IMG/VR virus record: IMGVR_UViG_3300045988_161434
Coordinates: 1-47,997 of that record
Direction: 5' to 3' (one strand)
DNA from: a virus
DNA length: 47,997 nt
Shown here: positions 43,129 to 47,997 of the stretch, in pieces
Position numbering within the stretch: position 1 is the first letter of the stretch
Layout of the letters: every line of letters starts with the position of its first letter
Translations under genes and position numbers: made by a program
Notes under the pieces: generated by a model
The model's input: only the letters and a program-made list of their open reading frames with translations
Told to the model about the DNA's origin: nothing
Database searches by the model: none

Positions 43129-44025
43129 ATGATAACAGATAACAGACAAATAACTGAACACTTTCATAGTTCGGAGTTCAGATGTCAACATTGTGGTAAT
43201 ATTTACATTCAAGAAGAACTAGTAAAAAAAATGGAGGAATTATTTAAAAAGTTAAATGCAAGTAAGTGTATAATCTCCAGTGGTTATAGATGCAGAGAAT
43301 ACGATATACAAATCGGAGGCTTTGCAGGTCGCCATTCAGAAGGATTAGCAGCAGACTGTGTTTATTATGATGAAAATGGCAACATCATACCTTCTAAGAT
43401 TGTAATATGTGTTGCTTGGGATATGAAATTGTTAAATGGAATAGCAAACATAGATGGCAATTATTCTCATTTAGATAATAGAAAAAATGGTACTTATTAT
43501 GGCGATGAGCCAAGAGGCAATTCTAGTATGTGGTCTAATCCATATTCATATTTTGGTGTATCAAAAGAAGAAGTCAGACAATACACCAAAGAGGAAGAAC
43601 CATCATCAAATAAAGTCAATGCTTTTTATAGAGTAAAAACTCAAAAACATGGATGGTTATCTGAAGTTGAAAATCTTGATGATTATGCAGGATATGAAGG
43701 AAGCCCTATTATAGGACTTGCTATGAGAGTTGATGTAGGCTCTATTAAATATAGAGTGACTACAGTAAGTGGAAAAACCTTAGGCTGGATAACTGGCTGT
43801 GATATAGATGACTACATATCTGGCTGGGCTGGTAATGGAGAACCTATTGCACTAGTGGAAGCATACTATTTCACACCAGATAATATTAGACCATACCAAT
43901 ATGCTTACTATAAGGTAAATGATTATCCTTATCAAAAAGATTTGATTGAAGGAAATGGTTTTGATGGTTTCGCTGGTGAGTCAGGTGTTACTGCCACAAA
44001 ATTCCAAATGTATATCGGAGATTAA
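43129..44025 (+). CDS. endolysin: N-terminal peptidase M15 (VanY / L-Ala-D-Glu peptidase-like) plus C-terminal cell-wall-binding domain
   Basis: SGYRCREYD ... GRHSEGLAADCV (H-x-x-G-x-A-x-D) zinc-peptidase motif; RBS TAAGGAGGAATTAATATG. Confidence 0.7.
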   Translation: MITDNRQITEHFHSSEFRCQHCGNIYIQEELVKKMEELFKKLNASKCIISSGYRCREYDIQIGGFAGRHSEGLAADCVYYDENGNIIPSKIVICVAWDMKLLNGIANIDGNYSHLDNRKNGTYYGDEPRGNSSMWSNPYSYFGVSKEEVRQYTKEEEPSSNKVNAFYRVKTQKHGWLSEVENLDDYAGYEGSPIIGLAMRVDVGSIKYRVTTVSGKTLGWITGCDIDDYISGWAGNGEPIALVEAYYFTPDNIRPYQYAYYKVNDYPYQKDLIEGNGFDGFAGESGVTATKFQMYIGD

Positions 44026-44161
44026 TTTGAGCCTGAAATTTGCCCAAATTCGCACGAAAGATATTCTGATGTATAATTTATCTCGGAATAAATTAATCGT
44101 TCAAATTTCAAGGAAGAATTAAGTCTGGTAATGTTTCAAGACAAAAACATAAACACAAATT

Positions 44162-44190
44162 AATAAGCAAGAAAAAACTTGCTTATTTTT
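44162..44190 (+). terminator. rho-independent terminator after the lysis cassette
   Basis: Perfect 10-bp stem AATAAGCAAG / CTTGCTTATT with an A6 loop and a T-run. Confidence 0.6.
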
Positions 44191-44201
44191 CTATTTAATT
44201 A

Positions 44202-44230
44202 TTGACTTCAAATCAATTCAATGATACAAT
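44202..44230 (+). promoter_or_regulatory. sigma-A promoter for the replication module
   Basis: TTGACT, 17-bp spacer, TACAAT. Confidence 0.5.
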
Positions 44231-44252
44231 TATGTTGAGGTAAGAAAGGTAG

Positions 44253-44459
44253 GTGAAAATAGTGTATTTAGCGATTAAAGAAAAATTTAATGGTGTGAAT
44301 CAAAAAGAGATGGCTAGAGTAATAGGATTAGCCCCAGAAACCATTTGTAGGGTAATAAATGGTAAGCAATTAACAACAAAGGCTTGTGCTTATTGCATCA
44401 CTAAATATCTGAATAGTGAAGCCGAAATAGAAGAATACTTTACAAGGGAGGTAAAATAA
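44253..44459 (+). CDS. Cro/C1-type (XRE-family) helix-turn-helix transcriptional regulator
   Basis: 68 aa (GTG start); the HTH segment NQKEMARVIGLAPETICRVINGKQ. Confidence 0.55.
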   Translation: MKIVYLAIKEKFNGVNQKEMARVIGLAPETICRVINGKQLTTKACAYCITKYLNSEAEIEEYFTREVK

Positions 44460-45223
44460 TGCAACATTCATTTAATATAGAATTGGCAAAAGAATATGGG
44501 GTATTAGAGGCTATTTTACTCAACCATTTATGGTTTTGGATAAAAAAGAATAAAGCAAATAATACTAACTATTTTGATGGTAGTTATTGGACTTTTAATA
44601 GTACAAAAGCATTTAGCGAATTATTCCCCTATGCTTCAGAAAGAAAAATAAAATATGCTTTAAAGCACTTAAGAGAAGAAGAAATAATAAAAGTGGGGAA
44701 CTACAATAAAGATACTCGTGATAGAACTTTATGGTATGCCTTTACAGAGAAAGGTAAAGCCATAGTACAAAATCGCCCAATGGAAAGTTCGTTTTTGTCC
44801 GATACAAAGGTCGAAAATGTCCAAGCATTACCAGATATAAAACCAAATATAAACACATATATAAAAGAAAAAGTAGATAATAATAAATTATTATCTACAA
44901 AGAAAGAGGAAAAAGACCAAAAAAATGAAGAATTAGTAAACAAGTTAATCGAAGTCTATAACTCTTATGATGTATTTCCAAAGGTTATAGCAGTTACTAA
45001 GAAAAGAAAACAAAAAATAAATTCCAGATTAAAAGATGTTGGATACGATAGACTTATTGATGCTTTTGCTCTTGCTTCAAAATCTGATTTCTTAACAGGA
45101 AAAAATGATAACAATTGGAAAGCCGATTTTGATTGGTTTGTTGAAAATGATACAAATTGCATAAAAGTATTAGAAAATAAATACAGCAATAAACAAGCGA
45201 GAACAATCTATGAAACAATATGA
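44459..45223 (+). CDS. phage replisome organiser / DnaD-like replication initiation protein (with conserved phage C-terminus)
   Basis: 254 aa; N-terminal winged-helix-like region and a C-terminal KSDFLTGKNDNNWKADFDWFVEN block reminiscent of the conserved phage C-terminus domain of replisome organisers; followed by the helicase. Confidence 0.55.
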   Translation: MQHSFNIELAKEYGVLEAILLNHLWFWIKKNKANNTNYFDGSYWTFNSTKAFSELFPYASERKIKYALKHLREEEIIKVGNYNKDTRDRTLWYAFTEKGKAIVQNRPMESSFLSDTKVENVQALPDIKPNINTYIKEKVDNNKLLSTKKEEKDQKNEELVNKLIEVYNSYDVFPKVIAVTKKRKQKINSRLKDVGYDRLIDAFALASKSDFLTGKNDNNWKADFDWFVENDTNCIKVLENKYSNKQARTIYETI

Positions 45224-46427
45224 TGTTGAAAACTTTTTAATAAGTTGTATTATTCAAAGACCACAATTAATCGAAGAACTATTTATCGACTTAAATTGTT
45301 TTAAAAATGAATATAATAAACAGGCTATCTTGTTTATGAAAAGATTTTACAAAGAATTTAAAACATTTGATATATCTTTAATGGTTGAAAAAATAAAAGG
45401 TGATGAACAAAAAAGTAAATTTATTTATTATTTTACTGAAATGATTCAAATATCTCCAAGCCCTAGTTTATTTTATTCCTATCAACAACAAATGATAGAT
45501 GACCATAAGAATGAACTCATAAAGAAAGAAATTTCTAAGATAGATAAGATTGGAATAGATGAACTAGTTGAAAATATAAATAAAATAAACAATGAAACTA
45601 TGATTATTAAGCAGACTAATAAAAAAACACCTGATGAAATGTTATCCATGATTAGAAACAAAGACAAACTTATTCAATTTGATAGATTTGATAATTTAAA
45701 TAAAAGGCTAAAAATAAAAAGAAATACTGTAAATATAATTGGTGCAAGACCAAGTGAAGGTAAATCTGCATTAGCACTTAATTTATTTTGCGATTTATCT
45801 AAAGAATATAAATGCTTATATTTTAACATGGAAATGACTGAAGAAGAAGTTTATGAAAGAATGTTAGGAATAGAGACTAACATAGCAATAAAATATATAA
45901 ACAGTCCAGAAACAGAATATCAGGACAAAGTTATAAAAGATGCTGCAAATAAAATATACAATCACAAGTATGAAATCATTAATGGCAGTAAAACTGTTAA
46001 ATCAATCAAGTCCAAAATAATTAATGAACAGAGAAATGAACATGTAGTAGTTTTTATTGATTATGTCGGATATATTGTTGGTAAAGCAGGTCAAAGTGAC
46101 AGAGAAAGAATTGGAGAAGCAACAAGGGAATTAAATAACATTACTAAAGACTATGATTGTACTATATTTTTGATATGTCAAATCAACAGAAATGGCTCAG
46201 AAGAACCAACCATGCAAGATTTAAAAGATAGTGGAGAAATTGAACAGACTGGAGATACAATAATTTTAATACACGATGCCAATAAAAATGACAATAGTGA
46301 TATAAAAGAAATCAACCTGTTGATACCCAAATGTAGAGGCTCAAAAAGAAATGTAAAAATACCAGTTGTTTATGATAAATCAAAACAGAGAATGGAGGTA
46401 AAAAATGACTTTTACGGTAGAGTATAG
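45210..46427 (+). CDS. DnaB-like replicative helicase (C-terminal RecA-like ATPase domain)
   Basis: 405 aa; Walker A GARPSEGKSALAL, Walker B VVVFIDYVGY, and a DnaB-type arginine-finger region. Confidence 0.75.
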   Translation: MKQYDVENFLISCIIQRPQLIEELFIDLNCFKNEYNKQAILFMKRFYKEFKTFDISLMVEKIKGDEQKSKFIYYFTEMIQISPSPSLFYSYQQQMIDDHKNELIKKEISKIDKIGIDELVENINKINNETMIIKQTNKKTPDEMLSMIRNKDKLIQFDRFDNLNKRLKIKRNTVNIIGARPSEGKSALALNLFCDLSKEYKCLYFNMEMTEEEVYERMLGIETNIAIKYINSPETEYQDKVIKDAANKIYNHKYEIINGSKTVKSIKSKIINEQRNEHVVVFIDYVGYIVGKAGQSDRERIGEATRELNNITKDYDCTIFLICQINRNGSEEPTMQDLKDSGEIEQTGDTIILIHDANKNDNSDIKEINLLIPKCRGSKRNVKIPVVYDKSKQRMEVKNDFYGRV

Positions 46428-46617
46428 TGTTAGGCAAGATTGCTTTCATATAAGCGATTTAACAACAGTCTTAGATACAAATCAAAGAACATCTCTCCAA
46501 CAAATTGACAATGACTACAGGATAATTGGATTGTTTGATACTTGGGAAAAGGCTAATGAATTTGCTGACACATTCAGAAAAGGAATAGAAACATGCAAAG
46601 CAGAAATGAAGGATTAA
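46405..46617 (+). CDS. hypothetical protein
   Basis: 70 aa; coupled to the helicase stop. Confidence 0.4.
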   Translation: MTFTVEYSVRQDCFHISDLTTVLDTNQRTSLQQIDNDYRIIGLFDTWEKANEFADTFRKGIETCKAEMKD

Positions 46618-46745
46618 TTGATTTTGCAATAGAAAAATTAACTAAATTACTAATTGAGGAAGATTTTAAAGAGAAAAAGACTAATAAAAAAACATACATA
46701 AGTAAGAAGCAAGCCTATAGGGATTTGATTAATCTCTTAAAAACG

Positions 46746-46774
46746 ATTGACAAATTTAATTAATTAAATTATAA
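46746..46774 (+). promoter_or_regulatory. consensus sigma-A promoter (TTGACA, 17-bp spacer, TATAAT) for the recombination-module operon
   Basis: Perfect hexamers and spacing; it shares the TTGACAAATT start with the 24651 promoter. Confidence 0.55.
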
Positions 46775-46893
46775 TAAGGCTATGTTTGGCGAAAAGCAAT
46801 ATATATGAGCATATTAGATTAATAATAAAAAGCCAAACAAAAGTCTAGTATGTTCGTATATGTTGCTTTTTGCTTATCTTAGAAAGGAGAAAA

Positions 46894-47037
46894 TATGGAA
46901 GAACTAGAGAAAGAACTAGAAGAAGTAAATAACCGTTTATTTATGCTGGAAATGAAAGATAGATGGGAAAGAGAAGATTACCAATTAAAAAAAGTATTGG
47001 AACAACGAAAAAAAGATTTGGAGGCACAAAAGAATGA
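46894..47037 (+). CDS. hypothetical small protein (47 aa, not in the track)
   Basis: RBS GAAAGGAGAAAATATG; ATGA overlap with the next gene. Confidence 0.3.
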
Positions 47038-47903
47038 AAGAAGTTAATATCAATGAAGAAAAAATAGATGTTAATGAAATTGTTAAAATAGAACAAATGC
47101 CAAAAGTTTTTTCACAACTAGAAAAAATAGGTGAAATAATAAAAAAGAAAACTTCAGATTTAGATAAGTTAGAATGTACTGAAGCAAATAAGCAAGAAGT
47201 TAAAAGTAGAAGAACTGAGATAAACAACACATTAGCATTATTGGAAGCAAAGAAAAAAGAAATAAAAAACAAACTTTTAGAACCATATAATGTTTTTGAA
47301 GAAAAATATAACAAGGAATGCAAAGAAAAACTACAAAATGCAAGTAGCATATTAACAGAAAAAATCAATGCTATAGAAATTCAACAAAAATTAGAAAAAG
47401 AACAAGAATTAAGAGAATTTGCTGATGAATATTTTAATCATTACATGATAAAAGATGTTGTTAAGTTTGAGGATATTGGTCTTAATATAACATTATCTGC
47501 ATCAATAAAATCATTAAAAGAACAAACAAAAGCATTCTGTGAAAGAATTTCTAATGATTTAAAATTAATAGATTTGGAAGAATACAAAGATGAAATAGTT
47601 ATAGAATATTTAAAAAATTTAGACTTTGCTAAATCAAAGATGATAGTTATTGAAAGACATAGACAACTAGAAGAAATCAAAAAAAGAGAAGAAGAACTTA
47701 AGGCTCAACAAGAACAAGAACAAGAAGTTGTAGAAAAAGTAGAAGAAGTTGTAGAAGAAATAAAACCACCTGTTGAAATAATAGATGTTGAAGCCCAAGA
47801 AGTTGAAGAAATATTTACTGCTACATTTACAGTAAAAACAACAAAAGCAAAACTAAAAGCATTGAAAAATTTTATGGAAAGTGAGGGAATAGAATATGTT
47901 TAA
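47034..47903 (+). CDS. coiled-coil phage protein of the DUF1351-like type commonly found just upstream of RecT/Erf in Firmicute phages
   Basis: 289 aa, highly alpha-helical, Glu/Lys-rich, with an acidic EQEQE repeat; the assignment rests on gene position immediately before recT. Confidence 0.35.
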   Translation: MKEVNINEEKIDVNEIVKIEQMPKVFSQLEKIGEIIKKKTSDLDKLECTEANKQEVKSRRTEINNTLALLEAKKKEIKNKLLEPYNVFEEKYNKECKEKLQNASSILTEKINAIEIQQKLEKEQELREFADEYFNHYMIKDVVKFEDIGLNITLSASIKSLKEQTKAFCERISNDLKLIDLEEYKDEIVIEYLKNLDFAKSKMIVIERHRQLEEIKKREEELKAQQEQEQEVVEKVEEVVEEIKPPVEIIDVEAQEVEEIFTATFTVKTTKAKLKALKNFMESEGIEYV

Positions 47904-47997
47904 AAGAAACAAAGTAATAGGCAAGGCTGTAATAAAATATAGAGGAGACCTTGAATATGATATCAGTGTTAATGGAGAGATTCCTATAACTGCTATA
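47896..47997 (+). CDS. N-terminal part of the wrap-around ORF completed at 1..166
   Basis: ATG 47896 overlaps the previous stop; the frame continues to the window end, and 47943-47997 equals 1-55. Confidence 0.4.
   Translation, partial: MFKRNKVIGKAVIKYRGDLEYDISVNGEIPITAI

Noticed and set aside
1-47997. CRISPR arrays, transposases/IS elements, reverse transcriptase (retron/DGR), toxin-antitoxin pairs, large defence genes
   Set aside because: No regularly spaced repeat-spacer arrays were seen, no DDE or RT (YxDD) motifs, and no large multi-domain ORFs outside the virion and replication modules. The repeats that were found are iteron or operator types, not CRISPR-like.

Overview
Complete, circularly permuted genome of a tailed dsDNA phage, or phage-plasmid, from a very AT-rich low-GC Firmicute. 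By eye it is roughly 28% GC, codon usage is Clostridia-like, and the ribosome-binding sites are strong AAGGAG/AGGAGG motifs. No tail-sheath gene was found, so it is probably a siphovirus. Window positions 1-55 are an exact copy of 47943-47997. The unique length is therefore about 47,942 bp, and one ORF (starting at 47896) wraps across the window ends.

Gene order is mostly rightward:
- A recombination module: a DUF1351-like gene, RecT, then a metallo-beta-lactamase-fold nuclease.
- A tyrosine recombinase that sits inside the early operon.
- About 35 small early ORFs, including a MazG-like gene.
- Two ribbon-helix-helix (RHH) regulator-like genes and a basic protein, flanked by operator-like and iteron-like repeat arrays.
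- A LEFTWARD 13-gene operon (14139-18005) of tiny, very acidic proteins with stereotyped translational-coupling junctions. It includes an SSB-like OB-fold gene and is driven by promoters that share a conserved 16-bp upstream box.
- An AT-rich palindromic region followed by a C-rich island, a possible origin.
- An HExxH zinc-peptidase-like gene.
- A roughly 550-bp ORF-free, hairpin-rich region that is a candidate ncRNA locus.
- A small sigma-70 region-4-like late regulator.
- A terminator-delimited moron island. It encodes Q/N-rich proteins, a Cys-rich membrane protein and a protein resembling the exosporium BclA C-terminal (TNF/C1q-like) domain.
- RusA on the minus strand.
- The late module: TerS, TerL, portal, a tRNA, scaffold, capsid, head-tail proteins, major tail protein with an Ig-like domain, tail assembly chaperones joined by a canonical -1 frameshift site (A AAA AAC), an 899-aa tape measure, tail tip and fibres, holin, and an M15-peptidase endolysin.
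- A replication module: a Cro-like HTH, a DnaD/replisome-organiser-like protein and a DnaB-like helicase.

No CI-type repressor, CRISPR array or transposase was recognised. Motif coordinates I derived by hand may be off by 1-2 bp.
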